A DNA stretch of 64,000 bases from Patescibacteria group bacterium (GCA_028871115.1 JAGWOD010000001.1:4736-68735); one strand, 5' to 3'. Numbered from the stretch's first letter, positions 26,094 to 38,500 are shown. Notes: generated from the letters alone by a model not told the origin. Numbers and translations are program-made.

Positions 26094-28334
26094 ATGCGTT
26101 TGAAAAGTATAGAGCTCTCTGGGTTTAAATCATTTGCCAAAAAAACTGAGCTCAAATTTGACTCCTCTATAACGGCCATTGTTGGTCCTAATGGATCAGG
26201 CAAAAGCAATATTGCCGAGGCATTCCGTTTTGTGTTGGGTGAGCAGTCTATGAAATCCATGCGCGGCAGGCGTGGCGAGGATCTCATCTGGAATGGTTCG
26301 CCTGCGATGGGACGGGCGGGAAGGGCCTCAGTACGATTAGTGCTCGACAATGCTGATCGAGTGCTCAATCTTGATTTCGACGAGGTGCAATTTGAACGCG
26401 TTGTCCATAGGGATGGCAGCAACGATTACCTTCTCAATGGGAGCACGGTACGCCTGCGGGATATCGCCGAGCTTCTGGCGCATGCAGGTATTGGATCATC
26501 TGGGCATCATATTATTTCGCAAGGTGAAGCTGACCGTATACTCAGCGCTTCTCCTCGCGATCGGCGCGAAATGATAGAGGACGCTCTCGGACTCACTGCA
26601 TATCTCTACAAACGAGAAGATGCGGAGCGAAAACTCGAAAAAGCGCAGGAGAATATGCGTGAAGTCGAAGCGTTGCGCCGCGAATTGGCACCACACTTGA
26701 AGTTTCTCTCAGGTCAGGTCAAAAAGATAGAAGAAGGGGAAAAACTTCGCGAGGAGCTTGCCAATGCCTACGTAGAATACCTGAAGCGCGAAAAACTCTA
26801 TCTTGTAGAGACAAAAGAAGCCCTTGCCGCTGATGAATCTAGCCCCAGCAAGGAGCGGCATGATATTGAGAACCGAATACAGAAATTACGGGATGGCCTT
26901 GCGAGTAAGGCAAAGAGCGATGAGAGCGCTCACGAACTCGTTCGCTTGGAGAAAGAAGGAAGCATAACGCGCGGGCAGCGCGAAGAGCTTACGCGTGAGA
27001 TTGGCCGCCTTGAAGGAGAGCTCATTGCTCGGGAATCGATTGCCAAGCGTTCAGAAGGCGCCACGATTCCCGCAAAAAAGGCTGCTGCATTTGCTGAGGA
27101 AATTGCTGCGGCACTTGAAGAGGCTAAGGAATTTGATCTACAAGCTCTCCAAAAGACTGTTGCTTCTCTTGTCCATCGTGTCCGTGAGTTTGCTCGTTCG
27201 ATACTGCATAGCGAAGGCGGAGAAGATACAGAATCACTTGGAGAGCTCAAAGAAAGAAAACAAAAACTTGAAAAGGAGTTGCACGATATCCAATCGCAAG
27301 AAGAAAGAAACCGCAGATCTGTCTCGAACTTGCGTGAAGACATAGAGTCGAAAAAAGATGCGTCGCGGCAGGCTGAGCGTGAGCTCTTTTCTGCTATGGC
27401 CCGCCGCAGTGAACTTGAGAGCATTCTTGCAGGGATTGCCACGCGGAAGGAAGCTTTGGCACGAGACGAAGAGCGTTTTAAAGAGGAGCTGCGTGAAGGG
27501 GGTGTCTTAATCGGCCGGGGGATATTGGGGTATGAATCATTTGAACTTGAGAGAGGCAAGGTGCAGACAAAGGAGTCTATTCTGGAGGATCGTTCGCAGC
27601 AGGAAGTTCGTCGTCGAAAGCTAGAGCGTCTCAAGATTCGACTTGAAGAAGCTGATACCTTGGGGGGCGCTGAAGTACTTAAGGAGCATCATGAAACAAG
27701 AGAGCGAGATGAATTTCTCGGACGTGAACTAAGTGACCTGCAAACATCGGCTGAATCTCTTCGTGCACTTATTGCCGAATTAACGGAGACGCTCGAGGGA
27801 CGCTTTGCTCAAGGTATTGAGACTATCACCCTTCAATTCAGCGAATTTTTTAAACTTATGTTCGGCGGGGGAGAGGCAAAGCTCTATATCGTGAAAGAGC
27901 ACAGAGTGCGTAGACAAGCATCCTCCGAAGCAGAATATGAAGAGGGGGAAGAAGACGGTGAAGATGATGCAGAGCTCGAAGAAGGAGTGGAAATCTCAGT
28001 CAATTTGCCCCACAAGCGTGTCAAAGGGCTCCATATGCTCTCCGGTGGGGAGCGAGCACTCACGTCAATCGCACTTATCTTTGCAATGAGCCAGGTAAAT
28101 CCGCCACCCTTTCTTATTCTTGATGAGACAGATGCGGCGCTTGATGAAGCGAACTCAAGGCGCTATGGCGATATGATAGAAACTCTCGCGCGCAAATCAC
28201 AGCTTATTTTGATAACGCATAACCGAGAAACCATGAGCCGGGCGGGGATTCTGTATGGTATTACGATGGGCAGCGAAGGTGTCTCGAAGCTTCTCTCGGT
28301 TCGGTTTGAAGAGGCTCTCAGCGTGGCAAAATAA
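26094..28334 (+). CDS. smc: SMC-family ATPase, short (746 aa), apparently without a hinge domain
   Basis: GFKSF, GPNGSGKSN, LSGGE, LDETDAALD and ITHN; follows rnc as smc often does. Confidence 0.85.
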   Translation: MRLKSIELSGFKSFAKKTELKFDSSITAIVGPNGSGKSNIAEAFRFVLGEQSMKSMRGRRGEDLIWNGSPAMGRAGRASVRLVLDNADRVLNLDFDEVQFERVVHRDGSNDYLLNGSTVRLRDIAELLAHAGIGSSGHHIISQGEADRILSASPRDRREMIEDALGLTAYLYKREDAERKLEKAQENMREVEALRRELAPHLKFLSGQVKKIEEGEKLREELANAYVEYLKREKLYLVETKEALAADESSPSKERHDIENRIQKLRDGLASKAKSDESAHELVRLEKEGSITRGQREELTREIGRLEGELIARESIAKRSEGATIPAKKAAAFAEEIAAALEEAKEFDLQALQKTVASLVHRVREFARSILHSEGGEDTESLGELKERKQKLEKELHDIQSQEERNRRSVSNLREDIESKKDASRQAERELFSAMARRSELESILAGIATRKEALARDEERFKEELREGGVLIGRGILGYESFELERGKVQTKESILEDRSQQEVRRRKLERLKIRLEEADTLGGAEVLKEHHETRERDEFLGRELSDLQTSAESLRALIAELTETLEGRFAQGIETITLQFSEFFKLMFGGGEAKLYIVKEHRVRRQASSEAEYEEGEEDGEDDAELEEGVEISVNLPHKRVKGLHMLSGGERALTSIALIFAMSQVNPPPFLILDETDAALDEANSRRYGDMIETLARKSQLILITHNRETMSRAGILYGITMGSEGVSKLLSVRFEEALSVAK

Positions 28335-28403
28335 AAAGACTGGTCTTACTATGGATAGTGTTCCCTCCACTCATGGAGGGAAAAGTTCTTTCGGAGGGGA
28401 ATA

Positions 28404-28706
28404 ATGCGCTTTAAGAAGCCACCTGCCACTCTAGCAGAACGGACAGTATCGGGTTCCTACGAAGTCGCCTGGGGCGTCGTCGATTCGGCGGACATGCGAT
28501 GGGCTCCGTTTCTGTTGCGTCTTCGGAACCGTGTCCAAGACGACTGGGAAGTGCCCAAGAACGCAAATACAGTGCTTGATGTCAGCGCGGATCTCTACGC
28601 GCTTGGGGTTATTCCCAAAGGAGTCAAGATTCCGACTAGCCCGAGCGAACTTCAAGAGCTCCTGAATTCCATGGGCTCCACGCAGGCCTCCGAGCCAGTC
28701 TCCTAG
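28404..28706 (+). CDS. Orphan hypothetical protein
   Basis: GGAGGGG SD 4 nt before ATG; 100-aa ORF converging on rnr. Confidence 0.5.
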   Translation: MRFKKPPATLAERTVSGSYEVAWGVVDSADMRWAPFLLRLRNRVQDDWEVPKNANTVLDVSADLYALGVIPKGVKIPTSPSELQELLNSMGSTQASEPVS

Positions 28707-30676
28707 ACTAAGACGAAATCAATAGTACGTGCGGAGACATCTGCACCAACTAGCTTCACGCGCACTCGGTCTCCGAGTGCGATTTTTTTATTGGTACGGT
28801 CTCCAACAATTGCGTATTCTTTGGGATTGTAGCGATAATAATCGCCTTCAATGCTCGCAACGCGCACAAGTCCTTCACATGCGGTATGTTTCTCCTCCAC
28901 GTACACTCCCCATTCGGTGGTACCCGAAACTGTGCCCTCGAAAATCTCTCCAATTTTGCTCGTCATGAACTCTACTTGCTTATAACGGATGCTGTCGCGC
29001 TCGGCATCTGTTGCTTTCGCTTCTTGCAGAGAGGCGGCGATACACATTTTTTCGAGTGCTCCGTATTCTTTGTGTGTTATCGGTTTGTTGTTGAGATGCG
29101 AGCCAAGGATGCGGTGTACAAGAATATCCGGATATCGGCGGATAGGGGAGGTGAAGTGTGTGTAGTATTCAAATGAGAGTCCGAAATGGCCAATATTTTT
29201 AGTTGAGTAGATCGCTTTTGCCATAGAGCGCAGTGTAGCGGTGCGTATAAGCTGCTCCTCCGGCTTTCCCTCAATGCTATCGAGGAGAACCTGTATATCA
29301 CGGGCGCTGTAGTGCGCACGGCCCTTTTTTACGTGCCCAAATTCATACCCTAGTGCACGCACGAAGACAGCGAGCTCTTCAATCCGGTCCTCTTTAGGTT
29401 GATCGTGGATGCGGTATAGAAAGACGAGTCCATGTTCCGGATTCTTCTGTGCAAGTTTTGAAACATACTGCGCCACTTCACGATTCGCAAGAAGCATAAA
29501 TTCCTCAATGAGTGAATTTGTTTCAAGCCGTTCTTTACGAGTGATCGCCAGAGGACGGCCATGCTCGTCGAGCGTAAAACGGACCTCGTTTTCGCCGAAA
29601 TCGATAGCCCCCTCTCGTTCACGCTCTCTCTTAAGTGTTCTGCCAAGTGAGCGTAGTATTTCAAGTTCCTTGAAATACGGACCCGCTTTCTTAGTAAGTA
29701 CCTCTTGTGCAGCTTCATAGGTAAAGCGCTTATCAGAGCGAATGATAGTTTTTTTGAATTGTCGATCGAGCACTTCCGCTTTTTGATTCAGGCGAAATAT
29801 AGCCGAAAAGGCAAGGCGATCTTCACCTTCCCGTAGGCTACAGACATTACCTGAGAGCTCATTGGGCACCATGGGGATGGTCGTGTCGACTAGATATACC
29901 GAAGTGCCCCGTTTACGGGCTTCAGCGTCAAGCGCTGATCCTTCCTTTACGAAGAACGACGCGTCGGCGATATGGATACCTATTTCAAACTCTCCATTCC
30001 CAAGTTCTTGTACCGAGAGAGCGTCATCGAAATCTTTTGCATCCGGAGGATCAATGGTGAACGTGGGTATGGTGCGGCAGTCAAAACGTTTAGAAGCTTC
30101 CTCTGCAATAATATGTGTGTGATCTTTTTCGATCTGCTGTGCTTCGCGCACAACCTCAGGGAGAAACTGTGTGGAGAAACCATGTTCGAGCACAATGGCA
30201 TTCATTTCGGTACGATGCTCGCCGGCACGTCCAAGAGCCTGAAGCACCTTGCCCTGCGGATCCTCGACACCATTGAAGGAGATAAGCTCAACAAGTATTT
30301 TCTCTCCTTCTTTACCAGTACCGGAATCCTTAAGAAGGATAGGGCGATAGAAACGGACATCATCGGGCAATGCCACCCATTGCCTGCCATTTCTTTTAAG
30401 TGTGCACACGAATGTGTCGCGAGCTCGCGAGATCACTCGGATAATTTTGCCGTGCGGGCGAAGGGGAGCCCGGAGTCCTTTACCACGCCCTGGACGCAGC
30501 TCAATCACCTCGACTTCTACTTCGTCGCCGTTGAGCGCGCCACCGAGAGCCTCAGTGGCAATTTCGATGTCTTCGTGTTCGGGCCACGCGACATAGCCCG
30601 TTCCTTTACGGGTGATCTGAACGATACCGCTTACTCGGGCTTGCCGAGGCGGCCTATTGGTCTTTTCCTTCTGCAT
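28703..30676 (-). CDS. rnr: Ribonuclease R (RNB family)
   Basis: FTIDPPDAKDFDDALS, IEEFMLLAN, YTHFTSPIRRYPD and a C-terminal S1 domain. Confidence 0.95.
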   Translation of the reverse strand: MQKEKTNRPPRQARVSGIVQITRKGTGYVAWPEHEDIEIATEALGGALNGDEVEVEVIELRPGRGKGLRAPLRPHGKIIRVISRARDTFVCTLKRNGRQWVALPDDVRFYRPILLKDSGTGKEGEKILVELISFNGVEDPQGKVLQALGRAGEHRTEMNAIVLEHGFSTQFLPEVVREAQQIEKDHTHIIAEEASKRFDCRTIPTFTIDPPDAKDFDDALSVQELGNGEFEIGIHIADASFFVKEGSALDAEARKRGTSVYLVDTTIPMVPNELSGNVCSLREGEDRLAFSAIFRLNQKAEVLDRQFKKTIIRSDKRFTYEAAQEVLTKKAGPYFKELEILRSLGRTLKREREREGAIDFGENEVRFTLDEHGRPLAITRKERLETNSLIEEFMLLANREVAQYVSKLAQKNPEHGLVFLYRIHDQPKEDRIEELAVFVRALGYEFGHVKKGRAHYSARDIQVLLDSIEGKPEEQLIRTATLRSMAKAIYSTKNIGHFGLSFEYYTHFTSPIRRYPDILVHRILGSHLNNKPITHKEYGALEKMCIAASLQEAKATDAERDSIRYKQVEFMTSKIGEIFEGTVSGTTEWGVYVEEKHTACEGLVRVASIEGDYYRYNPKEYAIVGDRTNKKIALGDRVRVKLVGADVSARTIDFVLV

Positions 30677-30809
30677 AGAGAAAACAGTGCTTCAATGATA
30701 CTACAAAATTTCTTTCCTGACAAATGCAGGAGAGCTGCTTCATTGACCCACGAGCTCTTCTTTGATAAAGTCTTTTTATCCCGCTCACGCGGGATGTTTT
30801 AAACAACAC

Positions 30810-31175
30810 ATGATCACTATTCGACTCCAGCGCCGCGGACGAAAGAACGACCCGAGCTTCCGGGTTATTGTCGTTGACTCCAAGCGCAGTATGAAGACTG
30901 GCAGTTACCTTGAGATGGTGGGGTCATACGATCCTCGGACCGACAGAATCGAGCTTAACGCTGAGCGTATCGCACACTGGATGAGCCATGGTGCCAAGGC
31001 TTCTGATACAGTACACAACCTCCTTGTCTCTCAGAAGATCATCGATGCGAAGAAGATTAACGTACTTCCAAGAAAGACCCCTTCCAAGAAAGAAGAGGCA
31101 CCCGTATCTCTTGAAACTACGGCCCAACCGCCGGCAACTGCCGAAGCTGTGGGCAGTGATGTTGCGCCCCAGTGA
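30810..31175 (+). CDS. rpsP: 30S ribosomal protein S16
   Basis: MITIRLQRRGRKNDPSFRVIV..GSYDP..GAKASDTVHNLL. Confidence 0.96.
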   Translation: MITIRLQRRGRKNDPSFRVIVVDSKRSMKTGSYLEMVGSYDPRTDRIELNAERIAHWMSHGAKASDTVHNLLVSQKIIDAKKINVLPRKTPSKKEEAPVSLETTAQPPATAEAVGSDVAPQ

Positions 31176-31222
31176 CCTACTGCTACAATTTCACTAGTTA
31201 TTAATCAACTACATATACTGCA

Positions 31223-31588
31223 ATGGTGGAAAAAGATCAGGAGTTCTTGGAGTTCGTCATCAAAGGTCTTGTCGATCATCCAAACGAGGTAAAAATTAAC
31301 CGTACGGTTGACGAGATGGGTGTTTTGCTGACTCTGGATCTCAATGCGGAAGATATGGGCAAGGTCATCGGTCGTTCAGGCAACACTGCCAAGGCCATCC
31401 GGACTCTTTTGCGAGTCGTAGGGATGAAAAACAATGCCCGTGTGAATCTCAAGATTAACGAGCCAGCAGGAGGTATGCGCAGTGGTGCACCTTCCATGGC
31501 TGAGTATCGCGCTGAGAACCCTGCGCCTTCTCAAAGCCCCGCAATGAAGTCGGTTGATGAAGCTATGGAAGAGTTGGGAAGTTTCTAA
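31223..31588 (+). CDS. khpA: KH-domain RNA-binding protein KhpA
   Basis: DMGKVIGRSGNTAKAIRTLL; located between rpsP and trmD. Confidence 0.92.
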   Translation: MVEKDQEFLEFVIKGLVDHPNEVKINRTVDEMGVLLTLDLNAEDMGKVIGRSGNTAKAIRTLLRVVGMKNNARVNLKINEPAGGMRSGAPSMAEYRAENPAPSQSPAMKSVDEAMEELGSF

Positions 31589-31610
31589 TTTTAAAAAAAA
31601 GACAGAACTC

Positions 31611-31643
31611 AAAAACCGCGCTACAGTAGTAGCGCGGTTTTTT
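31611..31643 (+). terminator. Intrinsic terminator after khpA
   Basis: AAAAACCGCGCTAC-agta-GTAGCGCGGTTTTT. Confidence 0.85.
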
Positions 31644-31677
31644 CTTGTGAAGGGAAAATGCCCCAGACGATAGATAT

Positions 31678-32340
31678 ATGAAAAAGAATTTCCATATCAT
31701 AACTCTTTTTCCTGAAGTAATTGAAAGCTATACAAAGGTATCGATACTTGGACGTGCACAAAAAAATAAGATCCTCTCTGTCAACACTTATCAGCTTCGT
31801 GACTTTGCTCAAAATCGATGGGGGAAAGTAGATGAACGTGCCTATGGTGGAGGCCCGGGTATGATTCTTCGTGCTGAGCCTATAGTTAGAGCAGTTAATG
31901 CAATCCGCAAAAACAAGCCAAGAGCAACAGTGCTCATTATGTCTGCGGGCGGCAAGCCTTTTACGAACGCTCTTGCTCGCGTATACGCAAAAAATCATAA
32001 CGATGTAATAATCGTCTCTGGTCGCTACGAAGGGCTTGATGCGCGGGTGAAGAAAATACTCGGGGCACAGGAGATTTCTGTGGGCCCCTATATTCTTACG
32101 GGGGGAGAGATTCCCGCTCTTGCTGTCATTGATGCGGTGTCACGGCATATTCCTGGGGTGCTCGGAAAATATGAATCTCTCGAAGAAGGAAGAGTTGCTT
32201 CCCATGACGTTTATACCCGCCCCGAAATTCTCCTATATCGGGGCAAGAAATACCGCGTTCCCAAAGTACTCCTATCGGGCCACCATGCAAAAATTGATGA
32301 ACTTCGAGGCCGCAGGCGTAGTCTGGGGAAAAATACTTGA
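31678..32340 (+). CDS. trmD: tRNA (guanine37-N1)-methyltransferase
   Basis: YGGGPGM, GRYEGLDAR, ISVGPYILTGGE, YTRP and VPKVLLSGHHA. Confidence 0.96.
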   Translation: MKKNFHIITLFPEVIESYTKVSILGRAQKNKILSVNTYQLRDFAQNRWGKVDERAYGGGPGMILRAEPIVRAVNAIRKNKPRATVLIMSAGGKPFTNALARVYAKNHNDVIIVSGRYEGLDARVKKILGAQEISVGPYILTGGEIPALAVIDAVSRHIPGVLGKYESLEEGRVASHDVYTRPEILLYRGKKYRVPKVLLSGHHAKIDELRGRRRSLGKNT

Positions 32341-32364
32341 CGTACAAGCCCCTTTTGCTATACT
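32337..32364 (+). promoter_or_regulatory. Promoter of rpoBC (about 200-nt leader)
   Basis: TTGACG, 16 nt, then extended -10 TGC-TATACT. Confidence 0.65.
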
Positions 32365-32569
32365 GGATAGCGAAACAAGGGGGTAAGCGATTGAGTAGTA
32401 GGACTCGCGTTTCAAACAATAGAATAGTGCTTTGAGGTTAAGACCCGAAGCTTATTGAAACAGATAGGCAAGGGCGCTTTGTGCGTCTGCTATTTTCGTG
32501 TTTCTAGGACAACCCCAGTCTTTATTTTCCTGTTTTTAATTATCTATTCATATAACTACGCTACGCCGT

Positions 32570-35500
32570 ATGCGCGAACAAAAATTCTTCAAACGGCATA
32601 ACCCCTCTCGCGTCGCCACTCCCAATCTTGTGGCTGACCAAATCCGCTCCTTCGAGTGGCTCCTCAAGGAGGGCATCCGAGAGACTTTCAAAGAATTTAC
32701 ACCTATCAAAGACTATTCCGGTAAGAAATTCGATCTTGAGTTTTCTAAGATTGAGATCGGCGAGCCGAAATTTGACGAACACTACGCGAAAGACCAGAAA
32801 CTCACCTACGACGCGCCGATACGGGCTATCGTTCGACTCACGAATAAAACATCAGGCGAAAAGAAGGAGCAGGAGATATTTCTTGCGGATATCCCTGTAA
32901 TGACTCCGCACGGCACCTTCATTATAAACGGTGTCGAACGAGTCATTGTGCCGCAGCTTGCTCGCTCCTACGGTGTGTTCTTTACTGCTGAAGAACTTAA
33001 AGGAAAGAAGCATTTTGGTGCAAAGATTATTCCCGCACGCGGTGTTTGGATCGAAATAGAAGCGGATGCCGATGGCATGCTCTCTGTCCGCATCGATCGC
33101 AAGCGCAAGTTTCCAGCTATATCGCTTCTGCGCGTACTGGGTGCTCGTTATGATAGTGACCTCAAATCGCTTTTCAGCCACGCTTCCTATGAGAAACGCT
33201 GGGTAGAAGCTGCAATGGAGAAAGATCCTGCAAAAACTGTTGAAGAGGCTTACATAGAGATACATAAGCGATTGCGCGACGGAGATCTTGCTACTGCAAA
33301 AAATGCGCAAGACTATATAACTGCTCTCTTTAGTGAAGAGCGATACGATCTTTCCCCAGTAGGACGTTTCCGTTTCAACCAGCGCTTTGGAAAGTCATTG
33401 GGCGTTCAAGAACTTACCCGCAAAACCCTCAGTCTCGATGACGTAGTCACCACGCTGCGTCATTTGCTCATGCTCGAAAATACTCCCGACGCGATGGAAG
33501 ATAACATCGATCACCTCGGCTCCCGCCGCGTCCGCTACGTAGGAGAGACACTCCAGAGCCGTGTCCGTGTGGGACTCACTCACATGAAGCGCAACATCCA
33601 GGACCGTATGTCGACCATAGATGCGGAGGCTTCGCTTCCCGTCCAATTCGTCAATCCGCGCCCGCTTCAGGCCCGTATCAAAGAATTCTTCACCACCAAC
33701 CAGCTCTCTCAGTTCATGCAGCAGGAGAATGCACTTGCGGAGCTTGAGCATTTGCGTACCTTCTCAGCTCTTGGCCCTGGCGGTCTTACCCGTGAGCGCG
33801 CAGGTTTTGAGGTGCGCGATGTGCACCCTTCACACTACGGGCGCCTTTGCCCCATTCATACTCCAGAAGGTCCGAACATCGGACTCATTCTGCGTCTTTC
33901 GACGTTCGCACGTCTCAATGAGTTCGGCATGATAGAGACGCCTTACGCGAAAGTGGCCAATGGCACCGTGACGAACGAAATCATATATCTCAACGCTGCA
34001 GAGGAAGAAAATGAAAAGATAGCCCACGGCGCGACAGAACTTCATGGAGACGGCAGAATCGTCGAAGAGATGGTGGAAGTGCGCTTCAAGGGGGCTCCTG
34101 TACGCGTGCCTCGCGCCGAAGTCAAATATACGGATGTTTCTCCTCAACAGCCCTTCTCCATCGCGACATCAATGATTCCGTTTCTTGAGCATGATGATGC
34201 AAACCGAGCGCTCATGGGTTCAAACATGCAGAAACAGGCGATTCCCTGTCTCATTCCTGAAGCTCCGCTTGTTGCCACCGGCATGGAGGAAACTGCAGCA
34301 CATGATACGGGACGCTTAGTATTTGCTCTTGAGGGGGGCACGGTGGCGGAGGTTGATGGACGACACATTTCAGTAAAAAACGATAAAGGAAAAGAGACAA
34401 AATACCCTCTCATCAATTTTGTGCGTACCAACGGGTTCACGGCGCTCCATCATCGCCCTATCGTTTCTGTAGGAGAGAAGGTTAAAAAAGGACAACTTCT
34501 CGCTGATGCTTCCTCCACCGATGGAGGACAGCTTGCACTTGGACAAAACGTCATGGTGGCATTCATGACGTGGTCAGGTGCTAATTACGAGGATGCCATC
34601 ATTATTTCTGAGCGTCTCGTAAAAGACAGCAAATTTTCAACCATCAATATTGAGGAGTTTGTCTGCAACGTACGGGATACGAAGCTCGGAGCCGAGGAGA
34701 CAACGCACGACATACCCAATGTTTCAGAAACGAAGCTCCGTAACCTCGACGAGGAAGGCGTCGTACGCATCGGCTCAGAAGTCCGCCCTGGCGATATATT
34801 GGTTGGCAAGATAACACCCAAAGGCGAAACCCAACTCACGCCGGAAGAGCGGCTGTTGCGATCTATTTTCGGCGAGAAGGCCCGTGACGTGAAGGATTCA
34901 AGCCTCCGTATGGAGAACGGCAAACGAGGCCGGGTTATCGGAGTAAAAGTCTTTTCCCGAGAAGCAGGACATCAGCTTGAATCTGGCATACTCAAGCGCA
35001 TCCATATTGAAGTAGCACAACTGCGAGCGGTCTCCGTAGGAGATAAGCTTGCAGGCCGCCACGGCAACAAGGGCGTCATTTCCCGTATTCTTCCTGAAGA
35101 AGATATGCCCTACACCTCCGATGGTCGACCTGTCGATGTCATTTTGACACCGCTTGGTGTTCCTTCGCGTATGAATCTCGGACAGATTCTCGAGCTCCAT
35201 CTTGGACTCGCGGCCAATACCCTCAAGTACCAGGCAATCTGCCCTCCGTTTGCAGGAGCAACTGAAGAGGAAATTCGCAGCGAACTCAAGCAAGCTGGCT
35301 TCAATGAAAATGGGAAAATGAGGCTCTTTGACGGCCGGACGGGCGAGCAATTTGAACAGGAGATCGCCGTTGGATACATGTATATCCTCAAGCTCCATCA
35401 TATGGTCGAGGATAAGATCCACATGCGCTCTATCGGTCCTTATTCCCTCATCACGCAACAGCCTCTCGGCGGCAAGGCTCAAGGCGGCGGACAGCGCTTT

Positions 35501-38500
35501 GGAGAAATGGAAGTATGGGCACTTCTTGGCTATGGCGCTGCCTATACGCTGCGCGAGATGCTCACGGTGAAATCCGACGACATCATGGGTCGTTCAGCGG
35601 CATTCGACTCTCTTGTGCGCGGGGAACGTATTGCACACCACTACGCTCCAGCATCATTCAACGTGCTCTTGCATACCTTGCGTGGTCTCGCGCTTGATGT
35701 TGAGCTCCTCCGGGGGACTGCACCTATCCGTAGCGGCAAGAAAACTCCTGGAGCAGAGATCGGAGATTTTGACGCAGTGCGTATAAGACCTGCCTCTCCT
35801 GAGAGAATTGGCGAATGGTCCTATGGAGAAGTTACAAAGCCTGAAACTATCAACTACCGCACCCAGCGTCCGGAGAAGAACTCCCTCTTTGATGAGAAGA
35901 TATTCGGGCCTGAGAAAGACTACGAATGCTATTGCGGAAAATATCGAGGCATACGCTACAAGGGCATTGTCTGCGAGAAATGCGGTGTTGAGCTCACTCG
36001 GGCTATTGTGCGTCGCGAGCGTATGGGGCACGTCGATCTCGCAGTCCCTGTCGCGCATGTGTGGTTCTTGCGTGGCATTCCGTCGCGACTCGCCATGACT
36101 CTGGGTATCTCTGCCGCCGATCTTGAAAAGGTCGCCTATTTTGCGGGGTATATCATCATCTCGGTCAATGAAAAGGAACGTGAGCGTATCAGCAAAGAGC
36201 TTGAGAGCGAATACAAGACCAAGCTCAAGGCGCTTCAGGACGAGAAATCGAAGGAGAAGATCAAAGAGCTTTTTCTTGAAGCCAAGCGCGATATCGATGC
36301 ACTGCGGATCGGTACAGTTCTCGACGAGGCTCGATATCACCGCTACGCCATAAAATATGGTGCTGCGTTCGAAGCGGGAATTGGTGCAGAGGCACTTTAC
36401 AATTTCTGCAAAGGCCTCGATCTCAAAATGATGGAGCGTGCTACCGCTAAGGCCTTCGAGGAGGCTGGTTCTGCCGAACGCGAGAAATTGAGCAAACGAC
36501 TCTCACTCATGCGCGGCATGATACGAGCCAACGTGCGTCCCGAATGGATGTTCCTCACCCGCATTCCTATTATTCCGCCGGGCTTGCGCCCCATGGTGGC
36601 ACTTGATGGTGGCCGCCACGCGACCTCGGATGTTAATGATCTTTATCGTCGTGTCATCAATCGCAACAATCGTCTCAAGAAGCTCATAGATATTCATGCG
36701 CCTGATGTAATTCTGCGCAATGAAAAACGAATCCTCCAGGAGGCAGTAGATGCTCTTATTGATAATTCAATCCGCCATGGTGGAGCGGCGTATTCCGCGA
36801 CCACACAGGCTCGCACCCGTCCGCTGAAGTCTCTCTCAGATAACCTCAAAGGCAAGCACGGCCTCTTCCGACAAAACCTTCTCGGCAAGCGAGTCGATTA
36901 CTCTGGCCGATCGGTCATTGTGGTAGGCCCTGAACTCAAACTCAACCAGTGCGGTCTTCCCAAACACATGGCGCTTGAACTCTTCCGTCCCTTTATCATC
37001 GGCAAACTTCTTGAGAGAGAACTTGCCTACAATATTCGTGGTGCTGGACGTCTTATTGATGAAGGGGTACCTGAGGTGTGGGCTATTCTTGAAGATGTCA
37101 TAAAGGATAAGTACGTGCTTCTCAACCGCGCGCCTACCCTCCACCGCTTGGGTATTCAGGCCTTCCAGCCGGTTCTTATTGAAGGCAACGCGATACAGCT
37201 TCACCCGCTTGTATGTCCTGCTTTTAACGCTGACTTCGATGGTGACCAGATGGCAGTACACGTGCCACTTTCGCCTGAAGCACAAGCCGAAGCACGTGAA
37301 ATTATGGCGGCTCCTAAGAACATCCTCAAGCCCGGAGATGGCCAGCCGGTAGTTGCCTCCAAACTTCTCGATATTTTGCTCGGTGCTTATTGGATGACCA
37401 AGGAAGTGGAAAAAGCTAAAGGGGAGGGAATGGCCTTCTCAAGCCCTAATGCTGCCATATTGGCCTACGATTACGGTGCTGTTGGCTTCCAAGCAAAGAT
37501 CAAAGTCCTTCCTTCGGAGAAAGAGAAGTACGCACAGTTTGGGAATTCTCTTTTTGAGACGACCGTAGGACGCCTGCTCTTCAATACGGTATTCCCCTCG
37601 GATTATCCCTATGTAAACGCGGCCATTGATAAGAAAGGCCTTGCTCGGCTCGTTGATGATCTTATCGCCCGGTACGGTCTCGAGAGAATACCTGAGATCA
37701 TGGATCGCATTAAGGCGTTCGGATTTCGCTACGTTACACAGTCGGGTATTACCTGGTCCCTCGACGATATTCGTGTGCCGAAGGAGAAGCGGGAAATTGT
37801 CGCTGCCGCACAGAAGCGATCCGATGAAATCGTCAAACATTGGGAAGAAGGCCTTCTCTCCCAGGAAGAGCGCTACCGCATGAATATTGAGGTCTGGCAC
37901 GCGGCAAAGGCTGAAGTCGAGAAGCTCATACCTGCGACACTTCCAATTAACGGCTCAGTCTCCGACATGTTGCGCTCCGGTGCTCGCGGTTCTATTGCCC
38001 AGGTAACGCAAATGGCGGGCATGAAGGGTCTTATTGCTTCTCCAACTGGCGAGGCTATCGAATTTCCGATCACCACCTCCATGAAAGAGGGTCTTTCGCC
38101 GATTGAATACTTCATTACCACCCACGGCTCTCGAAAAGGACTCACTGATACTGCTCTTCAAACTGCAAAAGCTGGGTATCTCACTCGACGTTTGTTTGAC
38201 GTGGCGCAAGACATTGTCGTAGGGGAGGAAGACTGCGGAACTAGTGAAGGTCTCGCTGTGCGCCGCGAGAGCGCATCAGGAATCGGTACCTTCCTCGCAA
38301 GCAATATTCGAGGACGTTTCCTTGCTGGAGATGTCGCGGACGCGAAGGGCACTATTCTCTTCAAGAAAGGTCATTTTACGACAGCGCCAGATGCAAAAAA
38401 GATTGAGGAATCGGGAGCCCCCTCCGTATATGTTCGCTCCCCAGTCGGATGTAAATCACAACGAGGCATTTGTATTCACTGCTATGGAGCAGATCTTGCA

